Assembly: GCA_963720565.1 (NCBI GenBank)
Contig: CAVRFW010000001.1
Coordinates: 1-64,000, forward strand
DNA from: Candidatus Bathyarchaeota archaeon
GTDB taxonomy: Archaea > Thermoproteota > Bathyarchaeia > Bathyarchaeales > Bathycorpusculaceae
Length of the DNA stretch: 64,000 nt
Direction of reading: 5' to 3'
Part shown: positions 20,734 to 31,081 of the stretch, piece by piece
Position numbering within the stretch: the first letter of the stretch is position 1
Layout of the letters: the number at the start of each line of letters is the position of its first letter
Notes under the pieces: generated by a model
The model's database searches: none
What the model saw: only the letters and a program-made list of their open reading frames with translations
Told to the model about the DNA's origin: nothing
Translations under genes and position numbers: made by a program

Positions 20734-21078
20734 TTATTCAGTCTCTGCTCCGCCGTGCCATCTTCTTTCCAAGTACAAGATCAAGCTGAATAATCCTCGG
20801 CTAACTATTACCAGAATGAGCAGTTCGAATTCCTGTGTTGTTCTTGTTACAGTGGTTTTTATGATTTCAGCGCCGATGAAGAACTCTAAGCTAAGAGTTA
20901 GATATCCAGAGAGAAACCTAGTAACGCAGGATGGCTTGTAGGGGTCGCTGAGTTTACACTGAATAAAACGGACCGTTACAAGCAAGGCTCCAAAAAACAC
21001 TACTAACCCGCCCAGAAGGTAAAGAACGTCTGTAGCAAGCGTAAGCAGGATATAAATTACGCTATCTAGTGTTGGCAA
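20734..21078 (-). CDS. DUF1622-like membrane protein (N-terminus may extend upstream by frameshift)
   Basis: YLTLSLEFFIGAEIIKT..LVIVSRGLFSLILYLE pattern. Confidence 0.7.
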   Translation of the reverse strand: MPTLDSVIYILLTLATDVLYLLGGLVVFFGALLVTVRFIQCKLSDPYKPSCVTRFLSGYLTLSLEFFIGAEIIKTTVTRTTQEFELLILVIVSRGLFSLILYLERRWHGGAETE

Positions 21079-21543
21079 GAATTTCGTCAGACCTCGGAGT
21101 TAAGAGAACGCCCATAATAGTTAGGACAGCAATCACGGTTAGTATCGTAAGAGTCAAAGAGTCTGTTCTTTTCTTGGAAGGCAAAGTGCATTCCGACAAT
21201 TGGCATGCGACCTACTTAATCCCGATAACAAGCAATATGTTCAAACACACTTAATATGATTTGTTCCTTCGAATACTGTCCTCCAATTCTTTCATAAGGC
21301 ATTAGAAAGGTCACTACTGGAAAAACGTTTAGGTTCACGATTTTGTCTTGTCAGTCGAGGGATTGATATGTCTTATTGTTCAAAATGCGGCTAAGAAGTT
21401 CGATGGACTCAGTTGCAGGCAAGAATGCAGTAGCCAACCTTGTTGCTCCAGATAAATCCGTCTTTTTTAACAATGAAAGTACTTTTCTTCCTGTAAGACT
21501 TTTAACCCAAATTTCCTACTATAGACAACAAGGACGGATAGCC

Positions 21544-22218
21544 TTGCGTATAGTGTTGCGAATTGGAGGATCGGTGGTAGCTTCTCCTATCGATACAGAA
21601 TTAATGGGCAAATATGTTGATTTGGCAATTAAGTTGAGGGAGCAAGGTCATGAACTCGTTGTTGTTACGGGCGGAGGTTCGCTAGCTCGAGAGTTTATCA
21701 CTATTGCAAGAAATCTTGGGCTCAACATGCAAGCTCAAGATGAAATCGCTATTTCAGTGTCGCGCCTCTTCGCCCAACTCTTTGTAAAGAAACTTGATTA
21801 TCTTAGTTGCAATCAGGTGTCTTCAACACTTGAGGATGCAGCTAAGTGTCTGAATGAAGGGAAAATCGTGGTTATGGGTGGTTTGAAACCTGGAATCACT
21901 ACAGATGCAGTTGCAGCCTTGGTTGCTGAACGTGTGAATGCGGACTTGGTAGTCAAAGGCACGGATCAAGATGGCGTGTTTAGCAAAGACCCTCGAAAAC
22001 ATTCAGATGCCGTGAAACTCGATCGTTTATCTTTTAGTGATTTGGGCAAAGTGCTTTCGGAAAGTAAACACAAGGCTGGGATTCATCAGATTATAGATCC
22101 TGAAGCTGTGAAGATTCTAAGCCGCGAGCATATGAAATTGATTGTGGTAAACGGCTTCAAACCTGAAAATATTTTATCAGTCATCAATGGTGAAAGTGTA
22201 GGTACGACAATAAGTTAA
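21544..22218 (+). CDS. pyrH: UMP kinase
   Basis: IVLRIGGS, VTGGGSLAREFI, PGITTDAVAA, DGVFSKDP. The TTG start at 21544 is inferred. Confidence 0.92.
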   Translation: MRIVLRIGGSVVASPIDTELMGKYVDLAIKLREQGHELVVVTGGGSLAREFITIARNLGLNMQAQDEIAISVSRLFAQLFVKKLDYLSCNQVSSTLEDAAKCLNEGKIVVMGGLKPGITTDAVAALVAERVNADLVVKGTDQDGVFSKDPRKHSDAVKLDRLSFSDLGKVLSESKHKAGIHQIIDPEAVKILSREHMKLIVVNGFKPENILSVINGESVGTTIS

Positions 22219-22425
22219 GTACTAACCTTTTTCAAGAACTCTAAACTTAAATATCACCTTTGATATCACCATCGGAGTGAGGCAACTTTTGATACTCAAT
22301 ATCGATTATAATAAGTGTGTATACTGCTTTGGGTACATAGGTCTCTTTTCTGCTGTGAGGACTACGACGGGAATAGTGCGTACTCGGCGTTACATAAACA
22401 AGCAAACCTGGAGACAAAAACGAGT

Positions 22426-23122
22426 ATGAAACAAACCTCTGTCGCGTCAGTTGTTGAAGCAGTTGACCTAAAAAAAACATATATGCTAGGAAAAATTCCC
22501 GTGGAAGCCTTGCGCGGGGTAAACCTCAGAGTCGAAAGCGGAGACTTCTTGTCTATCCTCGGTCCGTCAGGAAGCGGAAAATCCACGCTCCTCAACTTGA
22601 TTGGTGCCTTGGATAAGCCGACTTCAGGCAAACTGGCTATTGACGGCAGTAGAGGTCTCTACGTTAAGCGAAAACCAATTAGCTGAATTAAGGCTTCGAA
22701 TCGGTTTTGTTTTTCAATTCTTCAACCTTATTCCACGGTTCACGGCAAGAGACAATGTGGAGTTATCTATGTCAATCAAAGGTAAGAGCATGGATGAAAG
22801 AAGGAAACGTGCAGAAGAGTTGCTGGAAATTGTGGGTTTGAAAGACCGGATGAATCACAAGCCAGCTGAGCTAAGTGGGGGGCAGCAGCAACGTGTGGCA
22901 ATAGCAAGAGCTTTGGCGAATGATCCTCGCTTTCTGTTGATGGATGAACCCACGGGCAACATAGACTCAAAAACGGCACGTGAAGTCCTTAACTTAATCC
23001 AGAGTATCAACGCGAAAGGAGTTACGATAATTATGGTTACGCATGATCAACGTTTGGCTCTTGAAGGTAAAAGAACAGTGCAGATGTTTGACGGCGTGAT
23101 TACATCTGATCTGGAGAATTAG
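22426..23122 (+). CDS. MacB/LolD-type ABC ATP-binding protein, frameshift near 22645
   Basis: [39 protein letters not shown]. Confidence 0.9.
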
Positions 23123-23123
23123 C

Positions 23124-24425
23124 ATGAGAGTGTCTGATGTTTTCCATTATTCTTTCAGCGCGATTAAGCTTCGAAAACTTCGAGCAGCCTTGACAACACT
23201 AGGCGTTATAATTGGCATTGCAGCTATAGTTGCGCTCCTCTCAATAACGCAGGGATTACAGACAACTATAACTGATCAACTTCAAAGAGGTTTATCCGCA
23301 GATACGCTAATCGTTGTTTCTGGCTCAAATGCCTTGGGCGGGGGCAGCAGTGGCGCCGGAGGATTTGCCGGTGGAGGAATGGGCACCAGCAGTTCCAGCA
23401 CACGCTTGTACCTTAATTATACTGATGAGATTAACGCGTTGTCGCCAGATATTACGACCTCGTTGGCGTTGATCCAGAAGGCAGGGTACATACAAAACGG
23501 GTCAGGAATCACTAGAATAGTTACAACAATGGTAGGAGTTGACTTTTCGGAGTACAAGAATGCTTATTCGACCACATTTGTTGCTGCCAGTGGTAGCATA
23601 CCATCGAATCCTTCAATCAATGATATTGTAGTTGGAGCGCGAGTGAGTGACCCGCGACTTAACGGCACCCGGTTTGTTCAGACAAACGATGAAGTCAACA
23701 TCACATGGACAAATAATACGATAATTCCATTCAAGAATATGACCTACACAGCACGTGTTTCCGCGATACTCGAAAGAATAGGCGGTTTCGGTATCGGGGG
23801 ACCCTCTGACACCGGGATATATGTTCCACTATCCCAGGCTGAAGACTTCTTTGGAACAAATGAGGCTGATATGATAATCGTCAAGTTAAAGAGCAGTGAC
23901 GAGGCCACAATCAACAGAACCTCTAAAGCGATAACGGACTATTTTGGAGACCAAGTTTCAGTTATTTCAGCCACAGCTGTCCAAAGTTTGCTCACAACGA
24001 TTTTCTCGACAATATCCTTGTTTTTGGGAGGTATCGCAGCCATTTCGCTACTAGTCGCTGGAATAGGCATAATGAACATCATGATTGTCTCTCTAATTGA
24101 ACGCACACGCGAAATTGGCATCCTTAAAGCCATAGGCATGAAGAGCAGAACTGTACTGTATATTTTTCTAACAGAATCGGTAATAATAGGCTTGATAGGA
24201 GCTGCGATTGGCGTCGTATCCGGCTGGATTTTGGCTAATTTAGTCGCAATTTTCCTTGGTCGAGGCGGAATAATGGGAGGCGCCCTGACTATAACGCCAA
24301 TCTTGACCGTTGAGGTATTGTTGGGCGCTTTGGTTTTCGGCGTTGGAATCAGCGTTGTCTTCGCGTTGTATCCTGCCTGGCGAGCTTCAAAACTAAAGCC
24401 AGTAGAGGCTCTGCGATATGAGTAA
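23124..24425 (+). CDS. MacB/FtsX-type ABC permease
   Basis: LTTLGVIIGIAAIV, GIGIMNIM..ERTREIG, YPAWRASKLKPVEALRYE. Confidence 0.92.
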   Translation: MRVSDVFHYSFSAIKLRKLRAALTTLGVIIGIAAIVALLSITQGLQTTITDQLQRGLSADTLIVVSGSNALGGGSSGAGGFAGGGMGTSSSSTRLYLNYTDEINALSPDITTSLALIQKAGYIQNGSGITRIVTTMVGVDFSEYKNAYSTTFVAASGSIPSNPSINDIVVGARVSDPRLNGTRFVQTNDEVNITWTNNTIIPFKNMTYTARVSAILERIGGFGIGGPSDTGIYVPLSQAEDFFGTNEADMIIVKLKSSDEATINRTSKAITDYFGDQVSVISATAVQSLLTTIFSTISLFLGGIAAISLLVAGIGIMNIMIVSLIERTREIGILKAIGMKSRTVLYIFLTESVIIGLIGAAIGVVSGWILANLVAIFLGRGGIMGGALTITPILTVEVLLGALVFGVGISVVFALYPAWRASKLKPVEALRYE

Positions 24426-24888
24426 ACAAAATCCAAAAAAGGTACAGAGGCTCTATCCCAATCAGCCGATTATTGGCATAGGCGCTGTAATAATTAAGGA
24501 AGGCAAGATTCTTCTTGAGAAGCGCAAAAACTCCCCTGGCAGAGGAAAATGGAGCATTCCGGGTGGTCTGGTAGAACTCGGAGAAAACCTTGAGCAAGCG
24601 GTCATTAGAGAAGTGAACGAGGAAACCTGCTTGGACATTGCTGAACTAACCCTTGTTGACGTTATCGACGATGTAGAGCTTGATGATAATGGAAAAATAC
24701 GGTATCACTTTGTCGTTATTGACTATTGCGTCAAAGTTAAGAAAGGCGTGCCTAAAGCGGCAAGCGACGCGGGTGAATTAAGATGGGTACCCTTCAGCGA
24801 AGTGGAAGAGTGCAATCTGACCAGGTCTTTCAGATTTTTCTTTCGGCGAAATAGGCAGAAACTTGAAAAGCTCAATTCATATCCTTGA
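24418..24888 (+). CDS. NUDIX hydrolase (ADP-ribose pyrophosphatase-like)
   Basis: Nudix box GGLVELGENLEQAVIREVNEET. Confidence 0.9.
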   Translation: MSKQNPKKVQRLYPNQPIIGIGAVIIKEGKILLEKRKNSPGRGKWSIPGGLVELGENLEQAVIREVNEETCLDIAELTLVDVIDDVELDDNGKIRYHFVVIDYCVKVKKGVPKAASDAGELRWVPFSEVEECNLTRSFRFFFRRNRQKLEKLNSYP

Positions 24889-26332
24889 AGAACAAGCGGG
24901 TTTCACCCATTGTTTTTAAATCTAAAGCTCTGACTCTTGCTACGATTGGAAAATCATGAACCACACGTCCGAGTGCAAGACAGTGATGCGGTGGCAAATC
25001 TCTCGCAATACTGCGGACTGTTTCAGCATCCACCCGGGCAGCACGACTTACAACTTCTAGGTCATGTTCGTTGGTGAAGTTAAAGAGGAAGATGTTGTCA
25101 GCCTGCCGGTAGATGCTTTCGCGAATTGTATCAGGCTGGTTGGTTATGAAAGTAGTGAATATGCCGAAGTGTCGCATGCGCGTGACGATGTCATCCCAGT
25201 AAGTTTCTCGAAGATACAAGTGCGCTTCCTCGGCAAATAGGAAAACAGCTTTGAGTTTCCAGCTGCTCAGAGAATCTACAAGTTTGCCAAGGACATATTC
25301 GACGACTATTTGCCGGTCTATGTTGCTCGTGTTCTTCAGGTTTACGATTAAAGCTCCTCCTTGGTCTTTTGCTTTTAGTAAACACTCATCTAGTAGTGCA
25401 GCTTCCGCTGGTTTGTCTGTAAAGAAACCCGAGTTAACCAGAGAATGATAACGGGAGGATAATGCGTCTCTAACGTGTTGGTTACAGTTCACATTACGGA
25501 TTGCCTCTCCGAGATTAGATAGGGTAAGTTCTCCTTTGTCTCTAAGTTGTTTCCATATTCGCCTAAACTCGCGTGCGCTAGTTCCCGGAAGATGCAGTGC
25601 GTGAACGAGAATACCCATGACGACGTTAAGATGCAATTGGTCAATGGCAACTTTGAAGTTTTGGGAAGGTATCAGCGCGTGAATTCTGCTATAGTACATG
25701 TTTCTCTTTCCGTCAACTGACAGTCCTAGGCTTGAGTATTCTCCGTTTAGGTCAAACACGACAACGGTTGCCCCGTAACCTAAGAGATTGACCATTAGAA
25801 GCTTGCTCACGTGGGATTTACCACATCCTTTCTTGCCCGTTATTATGTTTAGCGTTCCGTCGACGGCATCCGCGTCTATTGTCAGAAGCGACGAGTCTTT
25901 GGTTCCACCTATGATTATGGGGTGCTTTCCTTCAACCTTCGCGAGCTTCAATAACGTTGGAATCGATAGTCTCTTAATGGTGGACTGCGAACGAGATGGA
26001 AGCCAACTACTGCTTGGGCTTAGCGCTTCATTCTCGAACGTTGCCCGTATTTTGCAGATAAGAAGACTAGCGTCTTGGATGTAAGTTATATGGGGCGCTA
26101 TTTCCATTGGATCTATGTCCTCACCTTGGATGGATTCACCACCATCTGGAAGCGTGCGCAACAATTCCTCTAGAACTCCTGGAACTGCAGCAAACTGAAC
26201 ATCGATAATTTGTGCAATTAGGGCTTTACCCGCGTCCATATCCTCCACCATTAAATAATCGCCTTTTTCGGCATTTTCGTTTGGGAAGCTTAATACTTGG
26301 AGAATATTGCCTTCTTTCTTGTACAGCTTCAT
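24872..26332 (-). CDS. herA: HerA-family ATPase (HAS barrel plus DUF87)
   Basis: GKKGCGKS, VFDLNGEY, FAEEAH, MRHFG..ITNQP; coupled to a NurA-like gene. Confidence 0.8.
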   Translation of the reverse strand: MKLYKKEGNILQVLSFPNENAEKGDYLMVEDMDAGKALIAQIIDVQFAAVPGVLEELLRTLPDGGESIQGEDIDPMEIAPHITYIQDASLLICKIRATFENEALSPSSSWLPSRSQSTIKRLSIPTLLKLAKVEGKHPIIIGGTKDSSLLTIDADAVDGTLNIITGKKGCGKSHVSKLLMVNLLGYGATVVVFDLNGEYSSLGLSVDGKRNMYYSRIHALIPSQNFKVAIDQLHLNVVMGILVHALHLPGTSAREFRRIWKQLRDKGELTLSNLGEAIRNVNCNQHVRDALSSRYHSLVNSGFFTDKPAEAALLDECLLKAKDQGGALIVNLKNTSNIDRQIVVEYVLGKLVDSLSSWKLKAVFLFAEEAHLYLRETYWDDIVTRMRHFGIFTTFITNQPDTIRESIYRQADNIFLFNFTNEHDLEVVSRAARVDAETVRSIARDLPPHHCLALGRVVHDFPIVARVRALDLKTMGETRLFFKDMN

Positions 26333-27414
26333 GCGTAAATTTCTCCTTTGCCAAAGGGTCCGAAAAGCAAGCGATGCATGTCTGGGCGGTTGACGAGTCT
26401 GATGCCATGTTTACGGGTTATGAAATGCTGCATTGCAAGGACTTCATTTGCCGTGAATGTGCAGAGAATGTGTGACAGCCTGAGGGTTTCGGGGTAGCTC
26501 TGAGCGTATAGGTCATTTCCCAAGAGTTTTTCAACAGCTTCCAATCGCCGGGGGATTTGAATTTCTCTGTCTATATCCAGTCTGAAGGCGTAGTTAGCCT
26601 TGTTTAGTCTAGCTACATAGACATCGCCTAAGAGTATTGTTGGCGGTTTGAATCGCAAGCCTGTGGTTTCGAGTAGATAAGGTGGTTCGCTTTTTGGAAG
26701 TTGTTCTGTTATGAGATATCCGTTTACACGGAGCGTGGTCATTTTGCTGAATGCGAGCACAATGTTTTGGTTTTTCCTGGCAACATTGAGAATCTCTTTC
26801 ATACGGTATACGGGTGTGTCGATGGTTCCAGAGGTTAAGCTCCCGTCTAGAAGTATTAACCCATCAGTGACGGTTTTTGCAATCATTGTCTGCAACCATC
26901 GTTCGAGTAGGGAGGCTAAGCGCAATGGCATCTGCATGAGGGTTGGTGCAGACTGGTTTGGGTTACCATAGCGTGTTGTGAAGTATGTGCGCTCGAGAGT
27001 GTTGTATACGTCTTTCTTGTTTTCTTCTGTAATGTGAAATATGAATGGCCCAAGCCGTGTGTAACGATAGGTGCGGTTTTGTTTCCATACTGTTGCGCCC
27101 CGAATAGCAACTATTATACCGGTGCTGGTTTCACCTATTTTGATCGTGGATGTATCTATGCCGATTACTATGGTTTCTTTGTGATTTGGTTTTAACGGTA
27201 TTGGCGTGCGGTTCAGTTGCAGGTTTGCGTATTCCAAGTCGGTATTGACAAGTTGTTGAAAGGGTTGTTGATTTAGTTGAAAGGTTTTTTGTCGCACTTG
27301 TTTTAGGGAACGCATGCTTTGCTCGAGGAATCTTGTTGGCAGAGTCGTGTCTATGGTTTGTTGTGGAAAATTATATTTTGGAGTTGTTGTAATAGTGTAT
27401 TGTTCAATCACCAA
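26329..27414 (-). CDS. nurA: NurA-family nuclease
   Basis: IGIDTS, LLDGSL, FSK, FRLD, YPETLRLSH. Confidence 0.78.
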   Translation of the reverse strand: MVIEQYTITTTPKYNFPQQTIDTTLPTRFLEQSMRSLKQVRQKTFQLNQQPFQQLVNTDLEYANLQLNRTPIPLKPNHKETIVIGIDTSTIKIGETSTGIIVAIRGATVWKQNRTYRYTRLGPFIFHITEENKKDVYNTLERTYFTTRYGNPNQSAPTLMQMPLRLASLLERWLQTMIAKTVTDGLILLDGSLTSGTIDTPVYRMKEILNVARKNQNIVLAFSKMTTLRVNGYLITEQLPKSEPPYLLETTGLRFKPPTILLGDVYVARLNKANYAFRLDIDREIQIPRRLEAVEKLLGNDLYAQSYPETLRLSHILCTFTANEVLAMQHFITRKHGIRLVNRPDMHRLLFGPFGKGEIYA

Positions 27415-27503
27415 GATTCACCAATAGCCAATATGGTCCGTGAGAAATATTTAAGTGTTGTGCATGTACATCTTGTACAATACAATAATCAACAGGTGAC
27501 AAC

Positions 27504-27902
27504 TTGACAGAAAAACCGCAAAGACCACCAATACGAGTAAAGATGAAAATCGGCGAAATAGAATTCGAAATTGAATCCCAAGAGGACCAGTTACAGGCAG
27601 CTGTAGACAGAATACTCAGCGCAGTGACCGAGCGCATGAAAGATACGCGCTTGTTAGAACGTCAGGCTCCCCCGGCTAGAGCGGAGACTTGCAAGGGTGT
27701 TATCCAGAAGCTCTGGGAGGAGAGCTGGTTTGCCCAGCCGAAAGGATTGAGCGAGGTCCATGCTGAAATGGCACGTCGAGGGTTCCATTACGATCGCACT
27801 GCCGTTGCACACGCCTTAATCGACCTTGTCAAAGATGGAATCCTAACCCGGGAAGGAAAACCAAGAAGATATCAGTACGCCCAAAAAAGACCCCCAACGT
27901 AA
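27504..27902 (+). CDS. Hypothetical protein with C-terminal wHTH
   Basis: WFAQPKGLSEVHAEM..LIDLVKDGILTREG..YQY. Confidence 0.7.
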   Translation: MTEKPQRPPIRVKMKIGEIEFEIESQEDQLQAAVDRILSAVTERMKDTRLLERQAPPARAETCKGVIQKLWEESWFAQPKGLSEVHAEMARRGFHYDRTAVAHALIDLVKDGILTREGKPRRYQYAQKRPPT

Positions 27903-27986
27903 AATAGCTTGACGCTCCTTTGAATTTTTTTGTCTGCAGCCTCGACAAACATGGAGAAGCACACGTGAGCGAAGTGGGGTGTGCGG

Positions 27987-28763
27987 TTATTTCACGTCAT
28001 TTGTTTCTATTTTATTGGCCATCTCATCTAGTATCTTGGAAAATGGGTGATCCGGCTTGTCTTGGGCAAATATGAAGTTGCCTTCGGCTCGTAGGATTTC
28101 GCAGAAGCATGGTACGAAGCCCAGCAGTGGAACTTGATAGGTTGTTTGAACTTTGCGGGTCATTTCATCTTTCTTAGATTTCGCTGAATCAAGGACCTTG
28201 TTGAGTACTAAGCCAGTCTTTTTCTCAAACAGGTTGTACAGTTCGGATAGCATTCGACGAGTGCCGTCTACGTCGGATCGGTCACCGGTTGTTGCAACAA
28301 CCACCAAATCGGCTGTTACGATGGCGTTTATCGAAGAATATTGAAGACCAGGACTGGTGTCAAAGACCAGGTAGTCGAATCCTCCTTGATCGAGTAGTGT
28401 ATTCCTTAGGGAAAGTAGGCTTCCTAGTGCGCGCATTTCCCATTTTCTGTCTTTAGCGCTCATGTCTCTTATTGCTTCGGTCGCTGGGTTTGCGAGTCCT
28501 ACAAAGAATTTCCCGTTTTCTTGAAGTCGGCTGCTCAAATCTATGAGCACCTTGTTGATATCGCACGTTCCATTCAAGTAGTCATTGACCCAGTGAGATA
28601 CTTCGTTTATTTTAAATATGGCGAATAGGCTTGGCGCTCGAAAGTCAAGATCGAAGAGCGCAACTTTTTTTCCGCGCTTGGCTAATGCAGCTGCCAAGTT
28701 TACTGAAAGAAGGGTCTTACCAGTTCCGCCTTTGTACGAATGAACGGCTATTATCTTGCTCAT
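27987..28763 (-). CDS. MinD/ParA family ATPase
   Basis: Deviant Walker A KGGTGKT, DLDFRAP, DTSPG, VLNKV. Confidence 0.9.
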   Translation of the reverse strand: MSKIIAVHSYKGGTGKTLLSVNLAAALAKRGKKVALFDLDFRAPSLFAIFKINEVSHWVNDYLNGTCDINKVLIDLSSRLQENGKFFVGLANPATEAIRDMSAKDRKWEMRALGSLLSLRNTLLDQGGFDYLVFDTSPGLQYSSINAIVTADLVVVATTGDRSDVDGTRRMLSELYNLFEKKTGLVLNKVLDSAKSKKDEMTRKVQTTYQVPLLGFVPCFCEILRAEGNFIFAQDKPDHPFSKILDEMANKIETNDVK

Positions 28764-28770
28764 TTGCTAA

Positions 28771-29145
28771 TCACCTTGGGTTTTCTCTGTCTGCGTAAAA
28801 GTAAGCTTTCCTTCCTTTCCGCTCTTTTTTGAGGTAACCCATGATTACAAGTTGATTCAAATATGCACTTTCAACAGCTCGTGCTCTGGTTGTTTGCTGG
28901 GAGATTTCTTCCGCTGTGGCTCTTCCGCATCTGCAAATTGTCATAGCTGTTTTTCTAAGATGGTCCGGCATCGAAAGCAAAGTCATCACGTCTAGTGAAG
29001 CGTCGGGGAGAGGTTGGGTGTCTTTTCTTCCATGTTTTTGTAGTTCGATCATGACTTCCATTTTTTCGTTGAGTCTCTCGAGGTTGTCCTTTATTTTTTC
29101 AAGCAAATACAGTGGCTTTTTGCCAAGGAGTTCTTCTGTGTTCAA
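28771..29145 (-). CDS. Coiled-coil plus wHTH protein
   Basis: ATAEEISQQTTRARAVESAYLNQLVIMGYLKKERKGRKAYF; 7 nt upstream of the ParA/MinD gene. Confidence 0.75.
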   Translation of the reverse strand: MNTEELLGKKPLYLLEKIKDNLERLNEKMEVMIELQKHGRKDTQPLPDASLDVMTLLSMPDHLRKTAMTICRCGRATAEEISQQTTRARAVESAYLNQLVIMGYLKKERKGRKAYFYADRENPR

Positions 29146-29400
29146 AGGTTTTCCTCAAGGTGCGTTTTGCGCGCGTGTAATAGAAGTAACTTTAGGCTGT
29201 TTATTAAGTCTTACGAAACACTGATATTTATTCATAAAAATAACACCTACTACTCAGAAGAGAAGACATACGCACAAACAAAAGCTCCAACGGAAAAAGA
29301 GATCTCGACAAGGCGCTAAAAATGAAGAAATTGGGCTTTCCGCCCCTACAATTGAAAGAAACTAAAAAGCAAATAGTTTAGAGATAAAGAATTGAAGATT

Positions 29401-29694
29401 TTAGAAGGGTATCGGCGCTTGATTCCTAGCTTCTTCAACTATGGGCAATACTTGCTTGAGTTCTCTGAAGTACTTCAGTACTGTAATGCCTCTTTGCGTG
29501 ACGGCGTAAACAACGCGTCTTTTTCCTACGGTTCTCTCTTCCACCAATCCTTGCTTAATCAGGAAGTCAAGGTATTCTTTGAGTACGCTGCAATTAACGT
29601 TGGCCTTATACATTACATGTGTTAGCTTCAGCGGACCTCTTTGAGCCAGTACTTTGAGGATGTCAACATACATTTCGAGTTTGGAACGTCTCAT
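29401..29694 (-). CDS. Archaeal wHTH transcriptional regulator (HTH_45-like)
   Basis: MRRSKLEMYVDIL..THVMYKANVN..YLDFLIKQGL..YAVTQRG. Confidence 0.85.
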   Translation of the reverse strand: MRRSKLEMYVDILKVLAQRGPLKLTHVMYKANVNCSVLKEYLDFLIKQGLVEERTVGKRRVVYAVTQRGITVLKYFRELKQVLPIVEEARNQAPIPF

Positions 29695-29781
29695 ACATCT
29701 GCCTCTTTTCAGCCTAATTCATTGGTTTTATTATAAAGCTTTTATGTATTGAAACTACATGTTTTTCTTCATCATGCAGCA

Positions 29782-29964
29782 TCAGTAGTCAGTCCTGGCG
29801 TTTACACGATTTAACACATTTAGTCTATTTTCGAAAGCAGTGGTCAGGTCATCTATCAATATTTCCTGCAAATCTGTCGAAAGTTCGCCGATTTTTTCAC
29901 CGAAGACCGCTGCGAACCTGCTTTTCAATTCTTTTCTGCTTTTTATTGTGTTCTGCTGTTTCAT
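29782..29964 (-). CDS. Small hypothetical protein
   Basis: 60 aa helical ORF with a GGAGG ribosome-binding site just upstream. Confidence 0.6.
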   Translation of the reverse strand: MKQQNTIKSRKELKSRFAAVFGEKIGELSTDLQEILIDDLTTAFENRLNVLNRVNARTDY

Positions 29965-30286
29965 GTTTTTTCCTCCAATGATATTGCTCAGCAGGTTAGT
30001 TTACGATATTTAACTAACTTATGAATTGGGGAAATACATTGAAAATATTGATTTGAAATTCAGATTCTAGAAAACCTATGGAGGATGGAAAACCTTCGGA
30101 TCGAGTCAAAGTTCTAGCTGGAAAATGGCTATACATTGCATAGACTCTGCGCGCCCCCTTAACGATAATTCTTCCATCAATTCTTGATATATGAAAGAAT
30201 TTAGTTCGTTAGCCTATCCTTTAGAGTTTTTTAAAGCTTAAATCGCACAAGATACATGTTCACTTGAACTTTGGAAGGACGAGCCA

Positions 30287-31081
30287 GTGATAGGCGAAAA
30301 AATTGGTGAAGCCGATTACGTAGTTCTCTATTTGGATGTGCGGAGAACATACATGGTTAAAGTGGAGGCGGGAAAAACCTTCCACACTCACAAAGGATTT
30401 CTGAAGCTTGACGACCTTGTCGGCAAGAATTATGGCGAGGCTATTCGAACCAGTCTCGGGATAGATTTTACTGCACTAAAGCCCTCTTTGATGGATTACA
30501 TCATGAAGTCTTCTCGTAACACGCAGATAACTTACCCCAAGGACGCTGCACTAATCGTTATGTTTAGCGGAATTGGCTCTGGTAGCAGAGTAGTCGAGTC
30601 AGGCACGGGAACAGGCGCCTTAACGACAACGCTTGCTCACTACGTAAAACCTGGAGGAAAAGTCTATAGTTATGAGATGCGAGAAGAATTCCAGAAAGGA
30701 GCCGAAAAAAACCTCAGACGCGCCGGTCTGCTGGAGTATGTGGAGCTAAAGAGTGGAGACGCGACAGTAGGGTTTGATGAAAGAGATGTGGACGCAGTGA
30801 TATTGGATCTGGCTGTGCCATGGCTGGTGATACCTCATGCTTATGAGGCTTTGAAATCTTCTGGATCAATAGTCTCGTTTAGCCCGACCATGGATCAGGT
30901 TGTAAAGGCAACGGAAGCGCTCAGAGAACAAAACTTTGTCTGCATTGAAACCGTTGAGTGTCTAATGCGGGGCATGCAGGTTGAACGGGGAAAAACTCGT
31001 CCTCAAACGTTGATGACAGGACACACTGGCTACATCACTTATGCACGCAAAGCGCTGAAAGGGGTTTCTCAAGAGAACTAG
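30287..31081 (+). CDS. trmI: tRNA (adenine-57/58-N1)-methyltransferase
   Basis: TQITYPKD, ESGTGTGAL, YEMREEF, LDLAVPW, GHTGY. Confidence 0.93.
   Translation: MIGEKIGEADYVVLYLDVRRTYMVKVEAGKTFHTHKGFLKLDDLVGKNYGEAIRTSLGIDFTALKPSLMDYIMKSSRNTQITYPKDAALIVMFSGIGSGSRVVESGTGTGALTTTLAHYVKPGGKVYSYEMREEFQKGAEKNLRRAGLLEYVELKSGDATVGFDERDVDAVILDLAVPWLVIPHAYEALKSSGSIVSFSPTMDQVVKATEALREQNFVCIETVECLMRGMQVERGKTRPQTLMTGHTGYITYARKALKGVSQEN

Noticed and set aside
21376..21543. 56-aa N-terminal extension of PyrH
   Set aside because: Family similarity begins at LRIVLRIGGS (21544). The upstream region is AT-rich and promoter-like.
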